Shown piece after piece: positions 40,112-50,315 of a DNA stretch of 52,633 nt. Made by a program: the position numbers and the translations under genes. Under the pieces are notes generated by a model. That model was not told the DNA's origin. It saw nothing but the letters and a program-made list of their open reading frames with translations, and did not search any database. How positions within the stretch are numbered: the first letter of the stretch is position 1; every line of letters starts with the position of its first letter. Source of the stretch: Candidatus Eiseniibacteriota bacterium. GTDB lineage: Bacteria > Eisenbacteria > RBG-16-71-46 > SZUA-252. The stretch covers positions 1 through 52,633 of the forward strand of contig JANNMC010000080.1 of assembly GCA_031397435.1 (NCBI GenBank). Direction: 5' to 3'.

Positions 40112-41409
40112 TCGGCATGCGCGTCCTGGTCGTGGGGCAAGGAGGCCGGGAGCATGCCCTGGTCGAGGCGCTTCACAACGCCGACGACCATCCATACGTC
40201 TACGTGACGCCCGGGAACCCCGGGATGGAGGCGTTCGCCGAGCGAGTGGCCATCGCGCCGACCGACATTGAATCGATAGTCGGCTGGTCGCGAAAGAACG
40301 AGATCGACTTCGTCGTCGTGGGTCCCGAAATCCCGCTGGCGCTCGGACTCGCCGACGCGCTCCGCGAGATCGGCATCGCCGTCCTCGGACCGGGCGCCGC
40401 GGGCGCGCGTCTCGAGTCGAGCAAGCGCTACTCGAAAGAATTGCTGCAGCGCCTGGGTCTCCCGACGGCCGCCTTCCGCGTTGCCACGTCCGCCGATGAG
40501 GCCGAGGCGATGCTGCGAGGTTCGAGTTACCCGATCGTCCTCAAGGCCGATGGCCTGGCCGCGGGGAAGGGGGTCGTCATCGCCGCCGACGAGAAGGAGG
40601 CGCTGGCGACGATCGATTCCTGGATGCGCGAGGGAGATCTGGGAGATGCCGGCTCCACGATCCTCATCGAGGAGTTCCTTCGCGGCGAGGAGACGTCGAT
40701 CCTGGTTCTCTCCGACGGAGAGCGGTGGATGCTCTTCCCTCCGGCACGCGATCACAAGCGGATCGGCGACGGCGACACCGGCCCGAACACCGGCGGCATG
40801 GGCGCCTGCGCGCCGGCGCGCGTTCCCTCCGAGGATGAGGCGATCGCGATGGCCAAGCAGATCGTCGACCCCGTTTTGGCGGCCTTCCGGGAGGAAAAGA
40901 ATCCCTACCGAGGCATTCTCTACCTCGGCCTGATGCTCACCGACAAGGGACCGCAGGTGCTCGAATTCAATGCGCGCTTCGGCGACCCTGAAGCTCAGGT
41001 CGTGCTGCCGCTCCTGACGGAGGATCCGCTTCCGCTCTTCTGGAATGCGGCGCTTGGCCGCCTTCCGGCCGAACGTCACGCGACCTTCGTGAAACACGAG
41101 GGCGCGGCCGTCTGCGTCGTGCTGGCGGCGCCGGGGTATCCCGCGCGGCCCGCCACCGGCTCCGACATCGAGGGTCTGGAAGGGCCCTGGCCGCACGGCG
41201 TCCACGTCTACCACGCCGGCGTCGACCGGCATCACGGGCAGTGGGTCACAAGCGGCGGGCGCGTGCTCGGCGTGACGGCCCGCGCCATGACGCTCGACGA
41301 CGCTCGCGAGGCGGCCTACGCCGCGGCGTCGCACATCTACTTCCCGGGGATGCAGTATCGGCGCGACATCGCGCTCGTCCCGGAAGAATCAAGGAGCGAA
41401 GAATCATGA
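40108..41409 (+). CDS. purD: Phosphoribosylamine-glycine ligase
   Basis: GGREHAL, VGPE.PL, KADGLAAGKGV, GPNTGGMG, EFNARFGDPE, GGRVL. Confidence 0.96.
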   Translation: MIGMRVLVVGQGGREHALVEALHNADDHPYVYVTPGNPGMEAFAERVAIAPTDIESIVGWSRKNEIDFVVVGPEIPLALGLADALREIGIAVLGPGAAGARLESSKRYSKELLQRLGLPTAAFRVATSADEAEAMLRGSSYPIVLKADGLAAGKGVVIAADEKEALATIDSWMREGDLGDAGSTILIEEFLRGEETSILVLSDGERWMLFPPARDHKRIGDGDTGPNTGGMGACAPARVPSEDEAIAMAKQIVDPVLAAFREEKNPYRGILYLGLMLTDKGPQVLEFNARFGDPEAQVVLPLLTEDPLPLFWNAALGRLPAERHATFVKHEGAAVCVVLAAPGYPARPATGSDIEGLEGPWPHGVHVYHAGVDRHHGQWVTSGGRVLGVTARAMTLDDAREAAYAAASHIYFPGMQYRRDIALVPEESRSEES

Positions 41410-41882
41410 GCCACGCGCCGCGCATCGCCATTCTGTTCGGAAGCGAATCGGACCGCCCGACCATGGAAGAGACGGCGAAGGTCCTCGATTCCTTCGGCGT
41501 CTCCCACGAGATGCATCACGCCTCGGCCCATCGATCGCCGGAGAAGGTGCGGGAAATCGTCGCCTCCGCTCCGGGGCGCGGCGTGCGTCTCTTCATCGCG
41601 GCCGCGGGCATGGCGAACCATCTCGCCGGAACGGTCGCGGCCCACACGACGCTCCCGGTCATCGGCGTTCCCCTCCTGGGGACGTCTCTGGGGGGCGCCG
41701 ACGCGCTCTACTCCACCGTGCAGATGCCGCCGGGCGTTCCGGTCGCGACCGTGGCGATCGGCGTTCCCGGCGCGAAGAACGCGGCCATCCTCGCGGTGCA
41801 GATCCTGGCGCTCGCCGATCCCAGCCTTCAGTTGAAGCTGGAGGACATGAAAGAGCGGCTGGCGCGCGGCGAGAAGATCTAG
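41406..41882 (+). CDS. purE: N5-CAIR mutase
   Basis: GS.SD, SAHR, AG.ANHL.G, S.VQMP.GVPVATV. Confidence 0.96.
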   Translation: MSHAPRIAILFGSESDRPTMEETAKVLDSFGVSHEMHHASAHRSPEKVREIVASAPGRGVRLFIAAAGMANHLAGTVAAHTTLPVIGVPLLGTSLGGADALYSTVQMPPGVPVATVAIGVPGAKNAAILAVQILALADPSLQLKLEDMKERLARGEKI

Positions 41883-41886
41883 CGCC

Positions 41887-42519
41887 GTGACGATCTCGCC
41901 GTCGCCCCCGACAAGGAGAATCGACCTGGGACGGCCGGAGTCGTGGCGTGATGCGCTCACGGACGCTGCCGCCGCGCTCGGACGCGGGGAAGTCGCGCTT
42001 CTGCCCGCCGAGGGGCTCTACGGCTACCACGTCCGCGCCGACCTACCGGACGCGCTCGCACGCCTTCAGGCGATGAAGCCGCGGGCCGTCGACCGCGGCT
42101 GGATTCTCCTCCTGGCGGAGCCGTGGCTGCCCGCATCGTGGGGAGCGCCACTCGAAGGGCGGACCGCCGAACTCGCCGCGGCGCACTGGCCGGGGCAGCT
42201 CACGATCGTCGTATCCGCTCCGCCGGGACTTCCGCTCGCCCTCCAATCATCCGATCGGACCGTGGCGGTCCGCTGCCCAGGGAGTGACTTTCTACGCGCG
42301 CTCCTGGCGGCGGTGGGCGCTCCGCTCGTCTCGACGTCAGCCAATCGTCCCGGTGGGCCACCGCCCGCGAGTCTCGGAGCCTGCGAACTCGAGGGGGTCG
42401 CCTTCGCGGTCGATGGCGGAACCCGATCCGGGCTCCCATCAACCCTTGTCCGGGTCGACGGAAGTACCGTGCGGGTGCTGCGTTCCGGTGCCCTCAAGGT
42501 GGAGGGGGAGGCCCCTTGA
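41887..42519 (+). CDS. tsaC: TsaC/YrdC family threonylcarbamoyl-AMP synthase (divergent)
   Basis: K.R, WPG.LT, AVR, STSAN, PST; PTET motif altered to PAEG. Confidence 0.75.
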   Translation: MTISPSPPTRRIDLGRPESWRDALTDAAAALGRGEVALLPAEGLYGYHVRADLPDALARLQAMKPRAVDRGWILLLAEPWLPASWGAPLEGRTAELAAAHWPGQLTIVVSAPPGLPLALQSSDRTVAVRCPGSDFLRALLAAVGAPLVSTSANRPGGPPPASLGACELEGVAFAVDGGTRSGLPSTLVRVDGSTVRVLRSGALKVEGEAP

Positions 42520-42544
42520 CGCTCTTGGACGGCGCCCCTAGACT
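42516..42544 (+). promoter_or_regulatory. Putative sigma70 promoter for phosphatase-ilvE-glyA
   Basis: TTGACG-N17-TAGACT. Confidence 0.65.
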
Positions 42545-42580
42545 CGACCCGTCACGATCCATTTCGGCCTTGCGAGGTTC

Positions 42581-43069
42581 ATGATCCGCGTCCTGGTGAT
42601 CTGTACCGGCAACACCTGCCGAAGCCCGATGGCCGAAGTGGCGCTGCGTGCTCTTCTTTCGCCAGAGTTGGAGGCGCAGGTGGAGGTGGCCTCGGCGGGA
42701 ACCGGGGCCGGCGAGGGCGCTCCGGCGACGCCGCTGGCGATCGCGACGGTGGCGGCCCACGGGCTCCATCTGGAGGGACACCGCGCCAGGGCAGTGACGC
42801 CGCGGCTCGTTCGCGAGGCCGATCTGATTCTCGCGATGGAGCCGCGTCACGCGGAGTGGGCGCGGAGCCTCGCGCCCGATTCGCGCGACCGGATACATCT
42901 CGTCACCGATCAAGGCGCCGAGGGCGGCGTTGCGGAGGCGGGCGTTCGCGATCCCCTGGGGGGAACCGCGGAAGAGTACGCCGACACTTTTCACCTGATT
43001 CGGAGCCACCTGCTGCGGTGGGTCCCCCTCATTCGAGGAGAGATCGAGCGGCGGGAAGGCGTGCGGTAG
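42581..43069 (+). CDS. Low-molecular-weight phosphatase, YwlE-like protein-arginine phosphatase
   Basis: CTGNTCRSPMAE, SAG, ADLILAM, DP.G; tsaC..glyA context. Confidence 0.85.
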   Translation: MIRVLVICTGNTCRSPMAEVALRALLSPELEAQVEVASAGTGAGEGAPATPLAIATVAAHGLHLEGHRARAVTPRLVREADLILAMEPRHAEWARSLAPDSRDRIHLVTDQGAEGGVAEAGVRDPLGGTAEEYADTFHLIRSHLLRWVPLIRGEIERREGVR

Positions 43070-43116
43070 CACCGGCGCGGCCACGCAAGGCCGCCGCCGG
43101 CCACAGGAGGAACCCC

Positions 43117-44079
43117 ATGGCGCCGGAAGCCCAGCCGGTCATCTGGATGAACGGCAAGTTCATCGCGTTCGAAGACGCGAAGATTCACATCCTTTCGCAT
43201 GTTGTCCACTACGGTTCGAGCGTGTTCGAGGGCATCCGCGCGTACGACACCCCGCGTGGAACCGCGATTTTCCGGCTCGACCGCCACATGCATCGGCTGA
43301 TCGACTCCTGCAAGATCGCCCGCATGATCCCCTCGTACGGCGCCGACGAATTGATGGAAGCGGGCCGGGCGACGGTGCGCGAGAACGGCGGCAAGGCGTG
43401 CTACCTCCGCCCCGTCGTCTACCGCGGTTATCGCACGCTGGGCGTCAATCCGACCGGTGTTCCGGTCGATGTCGCCATGGCGACGCTCAACTGGGGCAAG
43501 TATCTCGGGGCGGAAGCCCTCGAGAAGGGGATCGCGGTCCGGGTCTCCTCGTGGCGCCGCGCCGCTCCCGATACGTTCCCGTTCATGGCGAAGACGGGCG
43601 CGAACTACATGAACTCCCAACTGATCAAGCTGGAGGCGATCGCCGACGGCTACGAAGAGGGAATCGCCCTCGACTCCTTCGGCTTCCTGGCCGAAGGGAG
43701 CGGGGAGAATCTCTTCCTCGTGCGCGGCGATACGGTCTACACGCCGACCCAGGCGAACGCCATCCTTCCCGGGGTGACGCGCGACTGCGTCATGGTGCTG
43801 GCCCGGGAGATGGGGCTCGAGGTGCGCGAGGAGCAACTCCCGCGCGAGATGCTGACGATTGCCGACGAGGTCTTCTTCACGGGGACCGCGGCGGAGATCA
43901 CGCCGATCACGAGCATCGACCGGATTCAGGTCGGCGAAGGTCGCGTCGGCAAGATTACGAAGCGGCTTCAAGAGGCGTTCTTCGACATCATCGAGGGACG
44001 CGCGCGCGACCGTCATGGCTGGCTCTTCCCGATCGCCGCGGCCGGCAAGGTGCAGCGGGCGGCGAAGAAGGCCCGCTGA
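43117..44079 (+). CDS. ilvE: Branched-chain amino acid aminotransferase
   Basis: [39 protein letters not shown]; AGGAGG SD. Confidence 0.95.
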   Translation: MAPEAQPVIWMNGKFIAFEDAKIHILSHVVHYGSSVFEGIRAYDTPRGTAIFRLDRHMHRLIDSCKIARMIPSYGADELMEAGRATVRENGGKACYLRPVVYRGYRTLGVNPTGVPVDVAMATLNWGKYLGAEALEKGIAVRVSSWRRAAPDTFPFMAKTGANYMNSQLIKLEAIADGYEEGIALDSFGFLAEGSGENLFLVRGDTVYTPTQANAILPGVTRDCVMVLAREMGLEVREEQLPREMLTIADEVFFTGTAAEITPITSIDRIQVGEGRVGKITKRLQEAFFDIIEGRARDRHGWLFPIAAAGKVQRAAKKAR

Positions 44080-44122
44080 GCCGCTCCGCGTGACGCCGAC
44101 TTCCGCCGAGAGCGCCGGCATC

Positions 44123-45388
44123 ATGGCCTCCAACCTGCGTGAAGCACCACTCTCGGCCGTCGATCCCGAGATCGCGACGGCCATTCGGCACGAGGTGGAA
44201 CGCCAGCGCGGCACCCTGGAACTGATCGCGTCCGAGAATTTCGTGAGCGAGGCGATCCTCGAAGCGGTGGGGTCGCCACTCACGAACAAGTACGCCGAAG
44301 GCTATCCGGGAAAGCGCTATTACGGTGGCTGCGAGCACGTCGATGTTGCCGAGTCGCTCGCCATCGAGCGCGCCAAGTCGCTCTTCGGCGCCGACCACGC
44401 GAACGTTCAGCCACACGCCGGAGCCCAGGCGAATCTCGCCGCCTATCTGGCGCTGATGCCTCCCGGCTCCACCCTGCTCGGGATGGCGCTGGCGCACGGG
44501 GGGCACCTGACGCACGGCCACAAGGTGTCGGCATCCGGAATCTTCTTCAAGGCGGTCCAGTACGGACTTTCCCCCCAGACCGGGTTGCTTGACTACGACA
44601 AGGTCGCGTCGCTGGCGCGCGAGCACAAGCCACAGGTGATCGTGGCGGGCGCGAGCGCCTACCCCCGAGTCATCGACTTCGCCCGATTCCGCGCGATCGC
44701 CGACGAGGTGGGGGCGCGCTTCGTGGTCGACATGGCTCACATCGCCGGGCTCGTGGCCGCGGGGGTTCATCCGAGCCCCGTGCCGCACGCCGACGTCGTG
44801 ACGACCACGACGCACAAGACTCTTCGGGGTCCCCGGAGCGGTCTCATCCTCTGCAAGAGCGAATTCGCCAAAGCGATTGATAAGGCAGTCTTTCCGGGGC
44901 TTCAAGGTGGGCCGCTCATGCATGTCATCGCGGCGAAGGCGGTCTGTTTCAAGGAGGCGGCCACGTCCGACTTCAAGACCTACGCGGGACGCGTCGTGGA
45001 GAACGCCCGTGTCCTGGCCGCCGCGTTGACGGCGCGCGGGTACGAACTGGTGACGGGGGGAACCGACAATCATCTTCTCCTCGTCGATTTCAAGAAGGCC
45101 GCCTACTCCGGTGCCGAAGCGGAGACGGCGCTTCACGCGGCCGGGATCACCGTGAACAAGAATGCCGTCCCCGACGATCCGCGGCCACCAGCCGTCACGA
45201 GCGGCATTCGGATCGGCACGGCGGCCGTCACGACGCGGGGACTCGGCGTCACAGAGATGACGTCACTCGGCGGTTGGATCGACGAAGCGCTCCGCCACCG
45301 CGACGATGCGGCGGCGCTGGCCGCCATCGGCCGCCACGTCGGCGATCTCTGCCGGACGCTGCCCCTCTACACGGGCCGGGTATCCTAG
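44123..45388 (+). CDS. glyA: Serine hydroxymethyltransferase
   Basis: [50 protein letters not shown]. Confidence 0.97.
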   Translation: MASNLREAPLSAVDPEIATAIRHEVERQRGTLELIASENFVSEAILEAVGSPLTNKYAEGYPGKRYYGGCEHVDVAESLAIERAKSLFGADHANVQPHAGAQANLAAYLALMPPGSTLLGMALAHGGHLTHGHKVSASGIFFKAVQYGLSPQTGLLDYDKVASLAREHKPQVIVAGASAYPRVIDFARFRAIADEVGARFVVDMAHIAGLVAAGVHPSPVPHADVVTTTTHKTLRGPRSGLILCKSEFAKAIDKAVFPGLQGGPLMHVIAAKAVCFKEAATSDFKTYAGRVVENARVLAAALTARGYELVTGGTDNHLLLVDFKKAAYSGAEAETALHAAGITVNKNAVPDDPRPPAVTSGIRIGTAAVTTRGLGVTEMTSLGGWIDEALRHRDDAAALAAIGRHVGDLCRTLPLYTGRVS

Positions 45389-45410
45389 CCCCGAACCGGG
45401 CGAACTTCCC

Positions 45411-46400
45411 ATGAGCGATATCTCCCTCGAGGAACGTACCGCGCAAGTGCGGGCCGAGAGCGCGTTCGTTCCGCGGCTCCTCGAAGCCGTGGAGCGCGTC
45501 ATCGTCGGGCAGGAGACGATGGTGAAGCGGATCCTGGTCGGGCTTCTGGCCGACGGGCATCTCCTCCTGGAGGGCGTGCCGGGTCTGGCGAAGACGCTTG
45601 CCGTGAAGTGCGTGGCGCAGGCGATCGACGCGAAGTTCCGGCGCATTCAGTTCACGCCCGACCTCCTTCCCGCCGATCTCACCGGGACGCTCGTCTTCGA
45701 TCCGCGCGCCGGAACGTTCTCGCCTAAGTTCGGCCCCGTCTTCACCCAGATTCTCCTGGCCGACGAGATCAACCGCGCTCCCGCGAAGGTGCAGAGCGCG
45801 CTCCTCGAGGCCATGCAGGAACGCCAGGTAACCATCGGAGAGACGACCTACCCGCTCGATGGACTCTTCTGGGTGCTCGCGACGCAGAATCCGATCGAAC
45901 AGGAGGGGACCTACCCTCTACCTGAGGCGCAGATGGACCGCTTCCTCCTGAAGATCCGCGTCGGTTACCCAAGTCCCGAGGAAGAGGCCACGATTCTTGA
46001 GCGGATGGGCGGGGAGCCGCCGCCGCCGCCGACGGCGGTCGTCAGCGCCGAGGACATCCGGCGCGCGCGTCGCACGGTGAACGGTGTCTACCTCGATGGA
46101 CGAATCCGGCGCTACATCGTCGATCTGGTTCACGCGACGCGGGAGCCGGAGCGATTCGGGCTCGACATTCGTCCGCTCATCCAATTCGGTGCCTCTCCGC
46201 GCGCCACGCTGGCGCTCGCGCGGGGGTGCCGCGCCTACGCCTTCCTCGACGGACGCGCCTACGTGACGCCCGACGACGTGAAGGAACTCGCTCCCGACGT
46301 CTTCCGCCACCGAATCCTCCTCACGTACGAGGCAGAGGCGGAAGGTGTTCCCGTCGACGAGATCACCCGCCGGATCCTCGCGCGCGTCGCCGTTCCGTGA
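45411..46400 (+). CDS. MoxR family AAA+ ATPase
   Basis: EGVPGLAKT, RIQFTPDLLP.D, LADEINRAPAKVQSALLEAM, ATQNPIEQEGTYPLPEAQ.DRF, GASPRA. Confidence 0.96.
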   Translation: MSDISLEERTAQVRAESAFVPRLLEAVERVIVGQETMVKRILVGLLADGHLLLEGVPGLAKTLAVKCVAQAIDAKFRRIQFTPDLLPADLTGTLVFDPRAGTFSPKFGPVFTQILLADEINRAPAKVQSALLEAMQERQVTIGETTYPLDGLFWVLATQNPIEQEGTYPLPEAQMDRFLLKIRVGYPSPEEEATILERMGGEPPPPPTAVVSAEDIRRARRTVNGVYLDGRIRRYIVDLVHATREPERFGLDIRPLIQFGASPRATLALARGCRAYAFLDGRAYVTPDDVKELAPDVFRHRILLTYEAEAEGVPVDEITRRILARVAVP

Positions 46401-47272
46401 TCACGCCGGAACTTCTCGCCCAGGTTCGCCGGCTCACCATCCGGAGCCGGCGAGCGGTCGAAGAGGTCTTCTCCGGCGCCTACCGAAGCGCCTTCCGCGG
46501 ACAGGGGCTGGAGTTCGCCGAGGTTCGCGAGTACGTCCCCGGCGACGACATCCGCTCCATCGACTGGAACGTCACGGCCCGCGCCGGACGCCCCTTCGTG
46601 AAACGCTTCGAGGAAGAGCGTGAACTCACCGTCGTCGTCGCCCTCGATCTCTCCGGATCGCTCGCCTTCGGGAGCCGCGCGCGGGCCAAGCGGGACGCGG
46701 CGGCCGAAGCAGGCGCGCTCCTCGCTTTGGCCGCGGCGCGAAATCGCGATCGCGTGGGGCTCCTTCTCTTCACCGAGCAGGTGGAACTCTATCTCCCTCC
46801 CGGCAAGAGCCGCTCCCGCGCGCTTCGCATCGCGCGAGAACTGCTCGCCTTCGAGCCGAAGGGGAAGGGGACCGACGTCGCCGGCGCGCTTGGCTTCCTT
46901 CACCGCGTGCTCCGCCGGCGCTCGGTCGTCTTCTTGCTCTCCGACTGGCGCGCCGCCTCGTTCGATCGTCCCCTCTCGCTCCTCGCCCGGAAGCACGACG
47001 TCGTGGCGCTCGAGGTGGCCGACCCCCTGGAGCGGGAGTCGCCTTCGCGCGGCCTGCTTCGGGTCCGCGACCTGGAGACGGGAAAGACCGCCTGGGTGGA
47101 TGCCTCGTCACGCGCGGCGCGGGGCGCTTGGCGTGCCACGGTCGCGCGGCGGACGAAGGAACTCGACCAGGTATTCCGCCGGGCCGGCGTTCCACGCCTC
47201 TCGCTCGACGCGGACCGTCCCGTGGCGCCGGTGCTCATCCGCTACTTCGAGCGCCGCGCGGCCGCACGGTAG
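46397..47272 (+). CDS. DUF58 family protein
   Basis: G.Y.S.F.G.G.EF.EVREY.PGDD.R.IDWNVTAR, EEERE, D.S.S. Confidence 0.93.
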   Translation: MITPELLAQVRRLTIRSRRAVEEVFSGAYRSAFRGQGLEFAEVREYVPGDDIRSIDWNVTARAGRPFVKRFEEERELTVVVALDLSGSLAFGSRARAKRDAAAEAGALLALAAARNRDRVGLLLFTEQVELYLPPGKSRSRALRIARELLAFEPKGKGTDVAGALGFLHRVLRRRSVVFLLSDWRAASFDRPLSLLARKHDVVALEVADPLERESPSRGLLRVRDLETGKTAWVDASSRAARGAWRATVARRTKELDQVFRRAGVPRLSLDADRPVAPVLIRYFERRAAAR

Positions 47273-47276
47273 GCCG

Positions 47277-48311
47277 ATGCGCCGCGTCCCGTCGCTCGCC
47301 CGCTTCGCCATTTCACTCGCGTTCGTTGCCGCGTTCACGGCGCTTGCGGCCGGCTGCGGCGGGTCGAAGGAGACGGGAAACGCCCGCGAACGAGACGAGG
47401 AGCGGAACTACGGGCGAGTCGTCGTCCGGAGCGAAGTAACGCCGCGGCGCGTCACGCTCGGCGACCCCGTCGTCTGGACCCTCACCGCCACGCTCCCTCC
47501 CACGTGCGACCCGCTCGCCGTGCGACTCGATTCCGTGCCCGCATCGCTCGACCTCGTTCCTCGCGGAGATGCGACGATCCGAACGGGGCGCGACGCCATC
47601 GTGTGGAGCCGCCGCTACGACCTGAAGGGCTTCGACCTCGGAACGCTGCCGCTCCCTGGCGCCAGACTCGCCGTCCAGGTACCGATCGCGCAAGGAGAAG
47701 CGTTGAACGACACGCTCGTCTTTCCGTTCGACTCGTTGGCGGTCGATTCGCTCACCCCGGCCGCCACCGGAGAGACCGCCCCGGATCGAGGGCCGATCGA
47801 TCCCGGACCTCGCCCCATCGATTTCGTGATCGCGGGGATCGTGGTCGCCGTCATCGTGGCGGCCGCCGTTCTCCTCTACCTCGCGTGGCGCCGACGCCGG
47901 GCGCGACCGGAGGCCGCGGCTCCCGCCGAGCCGCCGGAGACGCGCTTCGGGCGGGCGCTCGACTCGCTTCGCGACGAGGGACCGGCGCTCGCGCGGGACG
48001 CCTTCCACGAACGATTGAGCGACGCCATTCGCCGCTACGTCGGAGAGGTCGCCGAAGTCGACGCGATCGACCTGACGACTCGCGAACTGGAGCGCGAATT
48101 CGGACGTTCGGCGCGGACGCGCCCGGAGGCGGCCGCGGAGATCGTCCGGATCCTACGCCGCTCCGACCTCGTCAAGTTCGCACGCCGCGCCGACGCTTGG
48201 GTGGAGGCGCGCGCGCTCCTGGACGATGCCGCTCGCCTTTCCGGCGCGGTGGCGCCCGCGCCTCCGGCGATCGCCTCGGAACCGCTCCACCCGAAGAAGG
48301 GTCAGGAGTAG
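47277..48311 (+). CDS. Bat-operon accessory protein; putative lipoprotein with an internal TM helix
   Basis: Signal with LAAGC lipobox, beta-rich GDP-containing domain, TM followed by RRRR, helical C-terminus with TT.E and D.VKFA. Confidence 0.7.
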   Translation: MRRVPSLARFAISLAFVAAFTALAAGCGGSKETGNARERDEERNYGRVVVRSEVTPRRVTLGDPVVWTLTATLPPTCDPLAVRLDSVPASLDLVPRGDATIRTGRDAIVWSRRYDLKGFDLGTLPLPGARLAVQVPIAQGEALNDTLVFPFDSLAVDSLTPAATGETAPDRGPIDPGPRPIDFVIAGIVVAVIVAAAVLLYLAWRRRRARPEAAAPAEPPETRFGRALDSLRDEGPALARDAFHERLSDAIRRYVGEVAEVDAIDLTTRELEREFGRSARTRPEAAAEIVRILRRSDLVKFARRADAWVEARALLDDAARLSGAVAPAPPAIASEPLHPKKGQE

Positions 48312-48314
48312 CCG

Positions 48315-49301
48315 ATGCGCTTCGCCGCCCCCTGGTTCCTGCTCGTGGCGCTTCCGCTCATCGCGGCCTGGCTTCTGCGACTCCGCGGGCGGCGCTATCG
48401 GGAGCCGGAGCTGCCCGTCTCCAGCCTCGCGGCCTTTCCCTCGTCGCGGGGATGGAGGACGCGCGTGGCGCCGCTCCTTGGATGGCTCGTCCCGCTGGCG
48501 GCCGCCGCGTTCGTGATCGCGTCCGCGCGTCCCCAGGCGGGGCGCGAGATGCGCGAGGTCGTGAGCGAGGGGATCGACATCGTTCTCGCGATCGACGTGT
48601 CGGGGAGCATGCGCTGCGAGGACTTTCGTCCTCAGAATCGACTCTTCGTGGCGAAGGCGGTGGCGAAGGAATTCATTCGTGGGCGAAAACAGGATCGGAT
48701 CGGAATCGTCGCGTTCGCGGGTCGAAGCGAGCTGATCGCGCCGCTCACGCTCGACTACGAGGGACTTGCCGCGTTGATCGATGGGCTCGACTTTGGAATG
48801 CTCCCCGACGGGACGGCGGTCGGCGCGGCGATCGCCCAGGGAGCGCAGCGGCTGCGGGAGGCGAAAGGGAAGAGCCGCGTCCTCATTCTCTTGACGGACG
48901 GGATCAGCAACGCCGGACCGGTCGATCCGATCACCGCGGCACGGCTTGCCGCCGCGGTCGGCGTGCGTGCCTACACGATCGGCGCGGGGACGCAGGGGCA
49001 GGCGCCATTCCCGGTGGACGACCCGATTCTCGGCCGCCGCTACGTCTGGGTCCGGTCGGAGGTAGACGAACCGACGCTTCAGGCGGTCGCCACCCTGACA
49101 CAGGGAAGATTCTTTCGCGCCACCACGGCGGCGCTGCTCGCCCGCGTCTATCACGAGATCGATAAACTGGAACCGTCGCGCGTGGAGACCCGTTCTTACA
49201 CGAAGTGGGCGGAGGTCGGCCCGGCGTTTCTCGTGGCCGGACTTCTCCTCCTCGCTCTCGACCTCCTGCTCCGGACGACGCTGCTCCGGCGCTATCCCTA
49301 G
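48315..49301 (+). CDS. batA: VWA domain protein, BatA-like
   Basis: F..P..L, ARPQ, D.SGSM (MIDAS), DRIG...F, PLT.D, GTA.G, LLTDG..N.G. Confidence 0.88.
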   Translation: MRFAAPWFLLVALPLIAAWLLRLRGRRYREPELPVSSLAAFPSSRGWRTRVAPLLGWLVPLAAAAFVIASARPQAGREMREVVSEGIDIVLAIDVSGSMRCEDFRPQNRLFVAKAVAKEFIRGRKQDRIGIVAFAGRSELIAPLTLDYEGLAALIDGLDFGMLPDGTAVGAAIAQGAQRLREAKGKSRVLILLTDGISNAGPVDPITAARLAAAVGVRAYTIGAGTQGQAPFPVDDPILGRRYVWVRSEVDEPTLQAVATLTQGRFFRATTAALLARVYHEIDKLEPSRVETRSYTKWAEVGPAFLVAGLLLLALDLLLRTTLLRRYP

Positions 49302-49313
49302 GAGACAACCACG

Positions 49314-50315
49314 GTGCGCTGGGCGGCTCCCGAGATGTTCCTGCTCTTCTGGATCGTGCCGGTGGCGCTGGCGTTCCTCTTCTGGACCGCGCGGGCCCGG
49401 CGCCGGGACGAGGCCGCACTGGGCGATCCGGACGCGCTCCGCCGTCGCTGGGGTGCGCCCGGGCGCTGGAACGGACACCTACGAACCTTTCTGTTCCTGA
49501 CCGCCGCTGCCGCCGGAATCGTGGCGCTCGCCCGCCCGCAAGCAGGACTGCGTCTCGTGAGCACCACCAGCACCGGGCCCGATGTCGTGGTCGTGCTCGA
49601 TCTCTCCGAGAGCATGCACGCGCGGGACGCGAAGCCCGATCGCCTCGGCTCCGCGCGGCGCGAGATCGCGACTCTCCTGAAGGAACTCGAAGGTTCCGCG
49701 ATCGGGCTCGTCGGATTCGCGGGGGAAGCCCGCGTGCTGAGTCCGCTCACGACCGATCTGGAGGGGCTCCGCGACCGTATCGACGCCGCGAATCCGGCCG
49801 AACTCGACATGCCGGGAAGCGACATCGGTGGCGCCGTTGCCCTGGCCGCGCAGCTCCTGCGCCGGCCAGGGGACCGGCCTCGCGCCATCGTGCTCGTGAC
49901 CGACGGGGAGCAGCTCGGCGGCGACATCGCCCGGGGGCTCCCCGTTCTTCGCGCCTCCGGGGCGTCGCTCATCGTTCTCGGCGCCGGCACGCCGGAGGGC
50001 GCCACCATTCCCGTGATCGACACGACCGGAGCCGTGGTCAGCGTGAAGATGGACGCGCGGAACCAGGTCGTGCAGACGCGCCTCTCGGAGGAGGCGCTTC
50101 GAGCGCTTGCCCGCGCGGCCGGAGGGCGCTACGAGCGCGCTGACGGAAGTGGGCGCGCCGGCCGGCTCGCGGCGGGCTACGCGCGCGGCCACGAGCGGGG
50201 CGACCGCGGCGGGCGATCGCTTCGCGCGTTCGACGAACGATTCCACTGGCTCGCGGCGCTGGCGGCCTTACTCCTGGGTGCGGAAGCGCTGGTACCGCGG
50301 CGGAGGGGCGCGTGA
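49314..50315 (+). CDS. batB: VWA domain protein, BatB-like
   Basis: ARPQ, DLSESM, PLTTD, TDGE, G.GT.EGA.IP. Confidence 0.85.
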   Translation: MRWAAPEMFLLFWIVPVALAFLFWTARARRRDEAALGDPDALRRRWGAPGRWNGHLRTFLFLTAAAAGIVALARPQAGLRLVSTTSTGPDVVVVLDLSESMHARDAKPDRLGSARREIATLLKELEGSAIGLVGFAGEARVLSPLTTDLEGLRDRIDAANPAELDMPGSDIGGAVALAAQLLRRPGDRPRAIVLVTDGEQLGGDIARGLPVLRASGASLIVLGAGTPEGATIPVIDTTGAVVSVKMDARNQVVQTRLSEEALRALARAAGGRYERADGSGRAGRLAAGYARGHERGDRGGRSLRAFDERFHWLAALAALLLGAEALVPRRRGA

